Notes under the pieces: model-generated
What the model saw: only the letters and a program-made list of their open reading frames with translations
What the model was told of the DNA's origin: nothing
Database searches by the model: none
Made by a program: the position numbers and the translations under genes
Assembly (NCBI GenBank): GCA_965232515.1
Contig: CBDDPY010000002.1
Span: 2,592,001 to 2,656,000 of the forward strand
Origin: Alphaproteobacteria bacterium
Lineage (GTDB): Bacteria > Pseudomonadota > Alphaproteobacteria > GCA-2731375
Direction of reading: 5' to 3'
Length of the DNA: 64,000 bases
Part shown: piece after piece, positions 43,464-54,683 of the stretch
How positions within the stretch are numbered: the first letter of the stretch is position 1
Layout: the number at the start of each line of letters is the position of its first letter

Positions 43464-43960
43464 ACTATATATTTGACGCGAGTTGCCTCTTTAATCTTGC
43501 TCATGGCGAGGTATTCGACACCATTCTTGAGCTAGAGGTATTGTCAGCTCAAGTTGGGCCTATTGTTGTAAGCGAATGCGCATCAATAAAGAGCGTTGTC
43601 GACACAGCCATAAGCGCCGGGCAGATTGAGCTTCTTGATGATAGCGCGGTGAACGCAGATCTCTTTATTTCGCTTCTCGACACGTACAATCTTGGCCCTG
43701 GTGAAACGGAATGCATAGCGTTTGCAAAATCGACTACCGCCATGATCTGTATGGACGACGGTAAGGCGCGAAAAGCTGCAACGCACGAGATTGGCGCGGA
43801 CCGTGTCACCGGATCATTAGGCTTGCTGCGCATAGCCACCGAAGCAGAACAAATCTCTGTCGAAGATGCGTTTGGCGCTTATTCAAAGATGATCGCTGAG
43901 GGAGCTTTTCTACCTGTCTTTAGCAAAAATACTTTCGTTTCAGATGTATTAGAAAAATGA
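43460..43960 (+). CDS. PIN-domain protein (DUF3368-like)
   Basis: YIFDAS, VVSE, LGPGETECIA, MDDGKARK, TGSLGLL. Confidence 0.82.
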   Translation: MNYIFDASCLFNLAHGEVFDTILELEVLSAQVGPIVVSECASIKSVVDTAISAGQIELLDDSAVNADLFISLLDTYNLGPGETECIAFAKSTTAMICMDDGKARKAATHEIGADRVTGSLGLLRIATEAEQISVEDAFGAYSKMIAEGAFLPVFSKNTFVSDVLEK

Positions 43961-44124
43961 TTCTTCCAAAATTTTCTGAGTTCGACTCAATACCCGAGCC
44001 AACCGTCGAAACTTTTCCAGACCGCTGAAAAAGACACACTTTCTTATGGGTAGATGATCAAAGAGCGGGGCAATGGCCATTGGAACCACGACTTCGATGA
44101 TCAGCAATATGTTGCGGCAAACAA

Positions 44125-44892
44125 ATGAACAAACAGACATCGCTTGAGACCAATCCAATAGCCGCTGCAAGAATTGAGCAGGTTGAACGTGAACTGCGGG
44201 CCTTTGCGGAAAAGCCTATTTCATTCACATTCAATCCATCCGGAACCACCCTATTTTCGATAATGGAACTTAGGCAAAGCTATGCAAAACGATGTGTGGA
44301 CCTTGCGGACACAATTCGCTCGCTCGTAAGCCAAAGCCGCATAGTGCCTGCTACTGTGATTGGTCGTGCGCTTATCGAGACGGTTGCGATGGGATGTCTT
44401 TATTTACACGAAATGAGGCGACTAATTGATGCCGGAGATCTTGAGCGTTTGGAAGCAAGACATACCCGATTCTATGCAGGAATTAGAGGTAAGTCCGTTG
44501 AACCGGTGCACGTGATGGATGCAATGCGACATCTCGAAAAGATCGACGGAAACTACGTCGCCTACTTGGACCAGAAGTTTGGTGTATTCACCCTCGCGAT
44601 AGAAAAGCTGAAGGCTACTGGGCAGGATCTAGACGTCAACGATGTACGTGAACTGTTATCAACTATGAAGAATTACAATGATCTCTCTGAAATCTCGCAT
44701 CCAAACGGACTTGGCACTCAATTTCTTTATCCAGATTCCAGCAACGAAAACGATGCCGTCGCAATGGTGCGGGTGCGATACCGTGTGACGTCCCTCAGTT
44801 CAATTTGGCAATGCCACCACCTGGTAAGGGCGCTGGGCGAAAGCGAAGATCTGCCTGAGCGTTACAAGGCGACATTCATGGCGAGCGATTAG
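44125..44892 (+). CDS. hypothetical helical protein, DUF5677/HEPN-like
   Basis: GRALIE and YNDLSEISHPN motifs. Confidence 0.55.
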   Translation: MNKQTSLETNPIAAARIEQVERELRAFAEKPISFTFNPSGTTLFSIMELRQSYAKRCVDLADTIRSLVSQSRIVPATVIGRALIETVAMGCLYLHEMRRLIDAGDLERLEARHTRFYAGIRGKSVEPVHVMDAMRHLEKIDGNYVAYLDQKFGVFTLAIEKLKATGQDLDVNDVRELLSTMKNYNDLSEISHPNGLGTQFLYPDSSNENDAVAMVRVRYRVTSLSSIWQCHHLVRALGESEDLPERYKATFMASD

Positions 44893-45099
44893 TTGCGACG
44901 AAACAGACTCTTTGATCAGGTCATATGCTGGCCGTTGAGTAACTAATTGCTGTCGGCCCGCAGCGGCCGGTAGATTTCGGGGCGACTGCAAGACGATCAA
45001 AAGGCGTCCCAATACCAAGTGAAACTAGGTCGGTGCGCACCCACGTCACCGCGCGCCGAACACGTCTAACGAGCAGTCGATCAGAACGGCGGACGAATT

Positions 45100-46122
45100 T
45101 CAAGATCGCGTCGCGCGATGGCCTCCAAACGGCTCCGACTTCAACCACTCAACCGTCTCCCGCAGAAACGTCGGGATGTCGCGCAAGGGCACGTTGAAGC
45201 TGTTGCGGCGGGTGAAGTCGAAGCCGGTGGGGGTGACGGGCGGCTCGGTGAGGGGGGCGGGCATGGCCATGTCGGGGAGGATCTTTTTGAGCTCGGCGTA
45301 GATGTCTTGCCAGTGCCAGCTGTCGTAGACGCCGTAGTAGCGGCCGGACGCGGCCTCGTTTTCGTAGGCCGCTAAAAATAGCGCGGCGAGGTCGTGGAGG
45401 TGGATCATCGAGGTCGAGTCGTTGGGGACCGTCGCGTGCCGCGGCGGGCCGCCGGCGATGAGGGACCGCAGCCATTTGTGCGGGTTGTGCTCGAGATGTC
45501 CCGGCAGGATGACAGGGCCGAACATGCCGGTCGGCAACAGGATGCAGAGGCGCATGTCGTGCTCGGCGGCAAACGCGATGGCGGCCTTTTCCATCACGGT
45601 CTTGGTGGCTGACGTGTATTTCTTGGCCCGGCATTGTTCGGCTTCGTCGGACCAGTGGTCGACCTCGTTCTTGACCGGCACGGGCGGCACCGGGTTGGTG
45701 CTGCTGGTGCTGCTGCAGATGATGGCGGTCTTGACGCCCTGGCGGGCGGCGGCGCGCAGGATGTTGAGGCAGCCGTTGACGGTCGGCATGATGATCTCGG
45801 CATAGCCCTGTTCGTCGTCCATCTCGCGGGCGGGCTTGCCCGAGGGGCCGGCATAGGTGGGAATGAGGCTGGCGATGAAGACGGCGTCGGCGCCGGTGAG
45901 CGGGGCGTCGAAGCTATTTTCGTGGGCCATGTCGGCGCTGTGGAGCGTCAGCCGCTCGGCGGCGCCGGGCAGCGCCATCAGGTAGGGCGCCTTGTCCGCC
46001 GCGTTCGCATCGCGCAGCGTGCCGCGCACGGTGTAGCCGCGGTCGAGCGCGGCTTTGACGATGTTCGAGCCGACAAGGCCGCTGGCGCCAACGATGCAGA
46101 GGGTTTTGTCCGTTTTGGTCAT
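45100..46122 (-). CDS. NAD-dependent epimerase/dehydratase (aldehyde reductase-like)
   Basis: VGASGLVGS, YTSATK. Confidence 0.88.
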   Translation of the reverse strand: MTKTDKTLCIVGASGLVGSNIVKAALDRGYTVRGTLRDANAADKAPYLMALPGAAERLTLHSADMAHENSFDAPLTGADAVFIASLIPTYAGPSGKPAREMDDEQGYAEIIMPTVNGCLNILRAAARQGVKTAIICSSTSSTNPVPPVPVKNEVDHWSDEAEQCRAKKYTSATKTVMEKAAIAFAAEHDMRLCILLPTGMFGPVILPGHLEHNPHKWLRSLIAGGPPRHATVPNDSTSMIHLHDLAALFLAAYENEAASGRYYGVYDSWHWQDIYAELKKILPDMAMPAPLTEPPVTPTGFDFTRRNSFNVPLRDIPTFLRETVEWLKSEPFGGHRATRS

Positions 46123-46167
46123 AGTCCTTCCGCTTCTCTCCTGTTGGGCCGGCCCAAAAGGGGATGA

Positions 46168-46270
46168 TTCACCACAAAGACACGAAGACACAAAGAACCA
46201 AAAGAAGTTGATTGGCGCGAAGCGCCGATAAACAGGTTTGTTCTTTGCGTCTTTGCGCCTTCGTGGTGAA
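46168..46270 (+). repeat. REP/MITE-like palindromic element, copy 3 (variant arms)
   Basis: TTCACCAC...GTGGTGAA ends, 9-bp periodic arms, same TTGGCGCGAAGCGCCGA core. Confidence 0.8.
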
Positions 46271-46313
46271 AACCTCCTCGCCTTCGCTGAACCGGGCCCG
46301 AATGCGGGATGCG

Positions 46314-46826
46314 CTAGGCGCCGGTCGACATCTGCAGCCAGGCGCCGAGGAAGCCCAGCGCCACGCCGGCGAGCCCGGTGACGGCCGGCACCAGCGAGGT
46401 CGGCCAGGAGGTGCCGCTCTTTTGCGCGAGCGCGCGGCTGTGCAGTTCGATGCAGGAACCGATCAGCGCCTCGATCTGGGGGCCTTCGAGCGGCGGGCGG
46501 GTGAGCTTGCGCCGCTCGGACGATGTCATGCCGTCCAGCCGGGCCTGGTCGACGCGGACCCGCTCGCCGGGGCTGTAATCCTCGTCCAGCGCCCAGCGCA
46601 GCCGCAGGCCGATGCCTTTCTGGTCTTCGGGCCGGTTCGAGGTGCTGGTGCGGAAGAACTCGGGATGCTCGGAACAGACCTCGTACCAGTCGGCGCCACT
46701 TTTCGGCTTGCCGAGCTTTGCCTCCCATTTGTCGGATTCCCGGGAGGTGAATTTGGGATAGGAGCCCATCACCTGGATCGCGGCGATGAGGTCCTGGAGC
46801 CGGTACTCAACAAGGTAAGGCGACAT
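46314..46826 (-). CDS. hypothetical protein with C-terminal TM
   Basis: RLQDLIAAIQVMG, EHPEFFR; hydrophobic C-terminus. Confidence 0.65.
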   Translation of the reverse strand: MSPYLVEYRLQDLIAAIQVMGSYPKFTSRESDKWEAKLGKPKSGADWYEVCSEHPEFFRTSTSNRPEDQKGIGLRLRWALDEDYSPGERVRVDQARLDGMTSSERRKLTRPPLEGPQIEALIGSCIELHSRALAQKSGTSWPTSLVPAVTGLAGVALGFLGAWLQMSTGA

Positions 46827-47003
46827 TTTTTTCTCGTCCTTGGCGAATAAACGGGGCGCAGGCATTCGCCTGTGGCGGCAGGATAGCAGGTGTGGGGCGA
46901 TTTGACTTCCCAGGGCACGGCGGCGCGCGCGGCGGTTGAAGGTCCCGCCGATTGGCCGCAGAATCGGAAATCGACCCGCCAGGACCCGAGGGAGACCGCT
47001 GTA

Positions 47004-47297
47004 ATGAGCGCCTACGTCATCGCGCACGCGACCATCAACGATGCCGACAAGTTGAAGGAATACGGCGCCATCGCCGGGCCGACGATCAAGGCGGCGGGCG
47101 GCGAGCTGGTCTCGGCCGGGCACGTGGCGGACGTGCTGGCCGGCAGCCATGCGCACAAACGCGCCATCATCATCCGCTTCGCCGACGCTGAGGCCGCGCG
47201 GGACTGGTACAACGGCGAGGCCTATCAGGCGGCGATCCCGATCCGCGAACAGGCCATGGACGCGGTGTTCATCCTGTCGGAGGACCCGCCGGCGTAA
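47004..47297 (+). CDS. DUF1330 family protein
   Basis: MSAYVIA, IIRFAD.EAARDWYN..AYQ. Confidence 0.88.
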   Translation: MSAYVIAHATINDADKLKEYGAIAGPTIKAAGGELVSAGHVADVLAGSHAHKRAIIIRFADAEAARDWYNGEAYQAAIPIREQAMDAVFILSEDPPA

Positions 47298-47318
47298 TGG
47301 CGGCGGGGCCGGCCCGGG

Positions 47319-48797
47319 CTAGGCCAGGGGGAAGCTGGGCTGGCGGCCGTTTTCGCAGATCCAGTTGACCCAGAGCTTGTCGTCGGTGCCCTCGTCCAGC
47401 GTCACGTAGTTGCGGGCGCGGATGTATTTGTCCGACCCGAAGGGCTTGAGCATGGCGATCTCGATGGTGCGGTCCTCGTTCAGGAATTCCGCGTGGTCGT
47501 TGGTCGCGGCCATGATGCCGAGCCATTGCAGGCGGCTGGGCGCGGGGTGGACGATGCCGGACGAGACGACCTGGTGGACCATGCGCGGGCGGCCGTCGCG
47601 CCGGTCGATGACGGCGCCGACGCAGCCGATATGCACATCGCCCGAGAGGATCACGGTGCGGCAGCCGGGGCGTTGCTGCGCGTTCTCCAAGAGCCGCATG
47701 ATCAGGCGGGCGCGCTCGCCCTCGTGCTGCTCGGAGCGCCAGTGGTCCTTCAGGTCGTCGGTCAGCTCCTCCTCCCAGGGCGTGGCGTCGAACACGGTCT
47801 CGACGGCCGAGAAGTCGCGGTAGACCACGGGCACGGCCGAGAGCACGAACAGGTTGCCCGCGGTGACGGCTTGCAGGCGGGCGTTGACGGCCTGCCATTG
47901 CGCCGGGCTCATGACGCGGGCGCGGGTGCGCTCGGCCCGGTTGTCGAGGCCGAGGATGTGCTGGCCGCGGAAGGCGAGCGCGAAGGCGTAGTGGTCGGCC
48001 GCGGGGTCGAGCAGGCTGCGGTTGGCGCGGGAGCGGATCTGGAACAGCTCGAAGTAGCGCCGGGCGACAGCGAAGATCGCCTGGTAGACGGGGCTCTGCT
48101 GCAGGTCGTCGGGATAGCTGCCCCAGCCGTCGAAGATGTCGTGGTCGTCCCACATCATGACCGACGGGATCGAGGCCAGCATCTCGCTCATGACGGGGGA
48201 CTTCCAGCGCGCCTGGTAGAGATTTTCGTAGAAGGTCTCGAGCTGGCGCCGCATGGTCTTGGACGGCCGCTGGGTGACGCGGCGGCGGCGGCGGCGCTCG
48301 GCCCACTTCGCGACCTCCGGCACCTTGCCCCAGACCTCGTCGGCATAGATCTGGTCGCCGCCCATGACCAGGAGCGATAGCGGGTTCGCGGCGTGCCGCG
48401 CCTTCATCTCCTCCCACAGCGCATAGGGCGCCTCGGTCTTGGCGACGAGGTCGGCGCTGGCGAAACCGTTACACGATGCGTAGGCGATCGCCGGCGCGGC
48501 ATCGGCGGCGGGCACGTGGAAGCGCCAGGCGTCGCGGCCGTTCTGGTCGGTGGCGGCGGCGCCGTCGGTCGCGATGGCATAGTCCATCCAGGCGCCGGCC
48601 GCGGGCGGGGCGATGTCGATCTCGGCGCGCCAGTACTTGCCGGTGCGGAGCGCGGCGATCTCCGTCGCCGGGTGCGGCGCGCCGTTCAACGTGACGGCGG
48701 CGCTCGCGACCGAGGTCTCGGTCAGAAAGCAGATCGTGTAGACGGACTCCGATTCCAGGCCCAGCAACGGGCCCAGCAGCAACCGCGACATCGCCAC
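47319..48797 (-). CDS. PhoD-like metallophosphatase
   Basis: ASCN, GGDQIYAD, WDDHD, LSGDVH. Confidence 0.88.
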   Translation of the reverse strand: MAMSRLLLGPLLGLESESVYTICFLTETSVASAAVTLNGAPHPATEIAALRTGKYWRAEIDIAPPAAGAWMDYAIATDGAAATDQNGRDAWRFHVPAADAAPAIAYASCNGFASADLVAKTEAPYALWEEMKARHAANPLSLLVMGGDQIYADEVWGKVPEVAKWAERRRRRRVTQRPSKTMRRQLETFYENLYQARWKSPVMSEMLASIPSVMMWDDHDIFDGWGSYPDDLQQSPVYQAIFAVARRYFELFQIRSRANRSLLDPAADHYAFALAFRGQHILGLDNRAERTRARVMSPAQWQAVNARLQAVTAGNLFVLSAVPVVYRDFSAVETVFDATPWEEELTDDLKDHWRSEQHEGERARLIMRLLENAQQRPGCRTVILSGDVHIGCVGAVIDRRDGRPRMVHQVVSSGIVHPAPSRLQWLGIMAATNDHAEFLNEDRTIEIAMLKPFGSDKYIRARNYVTLDEGTDDKLWVNWICENGRQPSFPLA

Positions 48798-49005
48798 GCC
48801 TCCCCTCGTTTTGTCTTCTTATCGACGGCCCGGGCATTAGAGCACAAGACAAAAATCCCGTGCGCCGATAATGCGCGCAATGTTCATCCGGGCCGAAGAC
48901 CGGCCGGCATGAGCGGGCTCGCACCGCCGGCCGTCGCGGCACTTGCCGACGCCGGCGGTCTGCGGAAGACTGGGGGATGCGCCGAGACCGACCTCGGAGG
49001 CGACG

Positions 49006-49821
49006 TTGAGGCATCTGACGATCACGCTGTTTGCGGCCGCGGTCTGGTTGGCCGCGCCCGAGCCGGCCTCGGCCGCCGCGCCGTCCTGCACGCCCCCGGC
49101 GGATGACGCGGTCGAGCGGGTCGACATCGCCGACACCCGGCGGAACGGCGAGATCGCCTCGGTCACGGGCTATCTGCTGAAGCCGGCCGGCGCCGGCCCG
49201 TTTCCGGCCGTCGTCCTGCTGCACGGGAGCGGCGGCCACCAGCCCGGTTATCTGTGCATCGCCGAGACGATGGTCGGCTGGGGCTATGTGGCGCTGGCGA
49301 TCGACAGCAACAGCACGCCGTCGACGGGCCGGCCTTATTCGATGGGCGGCTTCCTCGACACCGAGCAGGCGCAGGACGCGCATCGGGGCCGGCGGCTGCT
49401 GGCGTCGCTGCCGTATGTCGACGGCGACCGGGTCGGCGTCATCGGCTGGTCGGCGGGCGGACAGGCGGCGCTGACCGCGGTGTCGAGCCACCGGACGTTC
49501 GCGAACGGCAGGTGGCATGGCGTCGAACGGGACGGCGCCTTCGCCGCCGCGATCGCCGTCTATCCGGTCTGTCACGCCGCGCTCGAAGACCTCGACGCGC
49601 CGCTGCTGATCCTGATCGGCGCCAACGATACCTCGGTGTCGGCGACCTATTGCGCGACCATGGCGCGGACCGGCCGACGCGATGTCGAGATCGAGCTGAA
49701 GATCTATCCCGACGCCGTGCACGGCTTCGACGGGCCGTGGTCGGGCTGGACCGAGGGGACTGCCGTCGCGCCCGACGCCCGCCGGCGCATCAAGGCCTTC
49801 TTCGCCAGGCACCTGAACTGA
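49006..49821 (+). CDS. exported dienelactone hydrolase family protein
   Basis: TTG start after GGAGG; signal peptide; LHGSGG, GWSAGG, HGFD. Confidence 0.85.
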   Translation: MRHLTITLFAAAVWLAAPEPASAAAPSCTPPADDAVERVDIADTRRNGEIASVTGYLLKPAGAGPFPAVVLLHGSGGHQPGYLCIAETMVGWGYVALAIDSNSTPSTGRPYSMGGFLDTEQAQDAHRGRRLLASLPYVDGDRVGVIGWSAGGQAALTAVSSHRTFANGRWHGVERDGAFAAAIAVYPVCHAALEDLDAPLLILIGANDTSVSATYCATMARTGRRDVEIELKIYPDAVHGFDGPWSGWTEGTAVAPDARRRIKAFFARHLN

Positions 49822-49867
49822 GCCGGCGTTGTGGCGACGGCCTCTCGGCCGCTTGGCCGGGGGGCTC

Positions 49868-49944
49868 GACCCGTCCCGCTCCCCCACCCGACCACCCACG
49901 GGAGTATGCTTGATGGGTGGTCGGGTGGGGGAGCGGGACGGGTC
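49868..49944. repeat. 31-bp perfect inverted repeat between convergent genes
   Basis: GACCCGTCCCGCTCCCCCACCCGACCACCCA, 15-nt loop, exact reverse complement. Confidence 0.85.
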
Positions 49945-49962
49945 AAGTCAACCGCAAAGACC

Positions 49963-50430
49963 TCAGGCGTTCTGGTCCCAGTTGGGGTCGTCGCTGGGGC
50001 TGAGCGGCGTGTCGCCGACAAGCAAGCCCTTGCCGGGCACGAAGTTGATCTCAAGGCGGATGCCGTCGGGGTCCTCGAAGACGATGTAGTAGTAGCCGGG
50101 CGCGAAGTCGCCCTCGATGGGACCGCGGTCGATATGGGCGCCCATCTCGCGCAGCTTGGTGGCGACCGCGTCGACGTCCTCGCGCGCGCGGGCGCGGAAG
50201 CACAGGTGATGCAGGCCGACGCGGTTCTGGGCGAAACGCTCGCCGCCGTATTCCTCGGCGCAGCGCTGGATGCCGAGCGCGGTGCGGCCGCCGACGTGAT
50301 AGACGAAGTTGTTCCCGTCATAGACCTTGGTGAGGCCGAGGAACGGCAGCAGCTCGCAGTAGAAATCGCGCGCCGCCTCGAAATCGCTGACGGTCAGGAT
50401 CACGTGCGCCATGCCGTTGATGTCGATCAT
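49963..50430 (-). CDS. VOC/glyoxalase family protein
   Basis: HVILTVSD, GLHHLCF, FEDPDGIRLE. Confidence 0.9.
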   Translation of the reverse strand: MIDINGMAHVILTVSDFEAARDFYCELLPFLGLTKVYDGNNFVYHVGGRTALGIQRCAEEYGGERFAQNRVGLHHLCFRARAREDVDAVATKLREMGAHIDRGPIEGDFAPGYYYIVFEDPDGIRLEINFVPGKGLLVGDTPLSPSDDPNWDQNA

Positions 50431-50444
50431 GCGGGCGCGCTCCC

Positions 50445-51143
50445 CTACCCCCGCCCGGGGTTGGCCTGGGCCATGAGGTTCTTGCGGGCTTCTTCGTCCC
50501 AGTCGCCGGTGGGCTTGCCGAACTCGCGGCCGACGTCGTAGCCGCGGCGCAAGGCTGGGCGCTGCTGAAGGGTCTTGTACCAGCGCCGGACGTTGGGGAA
50601 TTTCTCCAGGTCCACCTCCTGGCGCTTGTAGGTGATGACCCAGGGCCAGATCGCCATGTCGGCGATGGAGTAGTCGCCGGCGACGTAGTCACGGTCGGCG
50701 AGGCGCCGGTCGAGCACACCGTAGAGCCGGTGCATCTCGTTGTCGTAGCGCTCCTTGGGATAGGCGAGCTGCTCGGGCGCGTAGAAGCGGAAGTGGCCGG
50801 CTTGGCCGAACATCGGGCCGACGCCGCCCATCTGCCACATCAGCCATTCCAGCACTTCCATGCGGCCGCGCAGGTCGGTGGGCATGAAGCGGCCGGATTT
50901 TTCGGCCAGGTAAATCAGGATGGCGCCGCTCTCGAATACCGAGACCGGGTCGCCGCCGCCGGGCGGGTCGTGGTCGACGATGGCCGGCATGCGGTTGTTG
51001 GGGCTGATGGCCAGGAACTCGGGCGCAAACTGGTCGCCCTTGTTGATGGCAACCGGCACCACGCGGTAGTCGAGCTCCATCTCTTCCAGCGCGATGGAGA
51101 TCTTCCAGCCGTTCGGCGTTGGCCAGTAGTAGGCGTCGATCAT
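50445..51143 (-). CDS. glutathione S-transferase (YfcG/Nu-class-like)
   Basis: PTPNGWK, ISPNNRMP, FESGAIL, YSIADMA. Confidence 0.92.
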   Translation of the reverse strand: MIDAYYWPTPNGWKISIALEEMELDYRVVPVAINKGDQFAPEFLAISPNNRMPAIVDHDPPGGGDPVSVFESGAILIYLAEKSGRFMPTDLRGRMEVLEWLMWQMGGVGPMFGQAGHFRFYAPEQLAYPKERYDNEMHRLYGVLDRRLADRDYVAGDYSIADMAIWPWVITYKRQEVDLEKFPNVRRWYKTLQQRPALRRGYDVGREFGKPTGDWDEEARKNLMAQANPGRG

Positions 51144-51156
51144 GTGGAACGTCCGA

Positions 51157-51765
51157 TCATTTGGTCGCGAAGGCTTTTTGCAGGGCGGGACGCGCCTTCA
51201 GGCGGTCGATGTAAGCAGCGAGGTTCGGCTTGTCGCTGATGTCGGCGCCGAGGCGACTGGCGACGATGCTGGCGTGGCCGGTCATGATGTCGGCGCCGGA
51301 GAAATCGCCGGCGAGGTAATCGCGGCCGTCGAGCGCCTTGTCGACGGCGCCTAGCATGCGGGTGAGCAGCTTGATGGCGCGGTCGACGTTCACCTGATTG
51401 CGCTTGTCCTCGGGCAGGATGATGGTCTCGACGACGAGGGTGTTGACCGGCGGCATCAGCATGCCCTCGGCATAGTGCAGCCATTGCAGGTAGTCGGCGA
51501 ACGCGGGCGTCGACTGGTCCGGGACCAGGCGGCCGTCGCCGTATTTCGCCAGCACGTATTCGACGATGGCGCCGGATTCGAAGATCCTGATATCGCCGTC
51601 CTCCAGCACCGGCACACGGCCGAGCGGATGCACCTCGAGATATTCGGGCGCGCGCATGCGCGGGTCGCCGAGCGTGAATTGCTCCAACTCGTAATCGAGG
51701 CCCAGCTCCTCGCACAGCCAGACGATGCGCACGGCGCGGGTGTTGGGGGCGTAATAGATCTTCAT
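51157..51765 (-). CDS. glutathione S-transferase family protein
   Basis: TRAVRI.WL.EELG, HPLGRVP, FESGAI. Confidence 0.92.
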   Translation of the reverse strand: MKIYYAPNTRAVRIVWLCEELGLDYELEQFTLGDPRMRAPEYLEVHPLGRVPVLEDGDIRIFESGAIVEYVLAKYGDGRLVPDQSTPAFADYLQWLHYAEGMLMPPVNTLVVETIILPEDKRNQVNVDRAIKLLTRMLGAVDKALDGRDYLAGDFSGADIMTGHASIVASRLGADISDKPNLAAYIDRLKARPALQKAFATK

Positions 51766-51813
51766 GCGTCCTCCGTTACGCGAGGTCGGTGGGGCTGGGG
51801 CCGGCGGCGACGC

Positions 51814-52722
51814 CTAGCGGTTGGAAGCGGTGGGCGCGTAGGCCTCAGCGCGGTCGTCCGGTGTGGTCTCGTGCGCGAGCTCGGTCGCCGGATCGCCGGC
51901 GACGCGGGTGTGGCGCATGACCCGCGGCAGGTCGAAGTCGTAGGGCCGCGCGCGGTGCAGGACGCAGCGGTTGTCCCAGATGATCGTGTCGCCCGCCTGC
52001 CAATGGTGGGTGTAGATGCGGGGCGGTTGGCAGGCAAAGTCCTGCAGGTCGTCGAGCAGCGCCAGCGCCTCGGCGTCGTCGAGGCCGGGGATGCGGTAGG
52101 TATGGCGGCCGATGAACAGCGACTTGCGGCCGGTGACGGGATGGGTCTTGACCAGCGGACGCAGCGGCGCGCCCTTGGTGTGATAGCCGTAGCCGGCGCC
52201 GGTCTTGATCTCGTAGCCCATCTTGGCCTGCGACTGGTAGAGCGAATGATACGCCGAGAGCCCTGATATGCGCTGCTTGCGCACGTCGTCCAGCTCGTCG
52301 TAGGCGGCGCGCATGTCGGCCCACTCGGTCTCGCCGCCGCTTGGCGGCACCACGACCGCCGACAGCACCGAGGCCTTGGCGGCGAGCGGCATGTAGGAGC
52401 TGTCGGTGTGCCAGCCCTCGTTGCCGCGCAGCACCTTGAAGCGGTGCTCCTCGGCCTTGGCGACCGAGCCGTCGGGCTTGGCGTTGCTAATCTCGACGGA
52501 CTTGGCGTCGCTGTCGCCGCGCAGGATCTCGATCTCGCCGAAGCGGGCGGCGAAGGCCTCCTGCGCCGCCCGGCTGAGGTTCTGGCCGGGGAAGATCAGA
52601 AGCGCGTATTGGTGAAACGCGTCCTCGACGGTGGCCCAGGTCTCGTCATCCAGGTTCGAAAGGTCGATGTCGGTGATGGTGGCGCCGAGGGTGGCGTCGA
52701 GGTCTGCGATGGTGGGCGCCAT
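51814..52722 (-). CDS. TauD/TfdA Fe/2OG dioxygenase
   Basis: WHTDSSY, GGETEWAD, WDNRCVLHRA. Confidence 0.92.
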   Translation of the reverse strand: MAPTIADLDATLGATITDIDLSNLDDETWATVEDAFHQYALLIFPGQNLSRAAQEAFAARFGEIEILRGDSDAKSVEISNAKPDGSVAKAEEHRFKVLRGNEGWHTDSSYMPLAAKASVLSAVVVPPSGGETEWADMRAAYDELDDVRKQRISGLSAYHSLYQSQAKMGYEIKTGAGYGYHTKGAPLRPLVKTHPVTGRKSLFIGRHTYRIPGLDDAEALALLDDLQDFACQPPRIYTHHWQAGDTIIWDNRCVLHRARPYDFDLPRVMRHTRVAGDPATELAHETTPDDRAEAYAPTASNR

Positions 52723-52809
52723 GGCTGTTTCCTGCTTGTCGTTAGGCCCCAATAGTATGGGCGGGCGCGCCGTCCGATGACAAGCGCCCGCCCGTGGAGC
52801 AGCCAAGAT

Positions 52810-54552
<1,743 letters not shown>

Positions 54553-54683
54553 CTATTGTCAACTCGGAACTGGAACCACCGGCCCGAGACACAAACCGAC
54601 ATCCCCCCGGATCACTCCCGAAACCGTCCTTCGACGATAGCCGACGCGACGACCGTGTCAAACCGCGAACGCTCGGCCGGCGG

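Larger units (their letters stand above)
40900..45050. mobile_element. AT-richer genomic islet without integrase
   Basis: Abrupt compositional shift after the 40899 stop; five co-oriented ORFs with many A/T-ending codons; edges approximate. Confidence 0.65.

Noticed and set aside
40900-45100. Prophage or integrative element
   Set aside because: No integrase, tRNA, att repeats or phage genes seen
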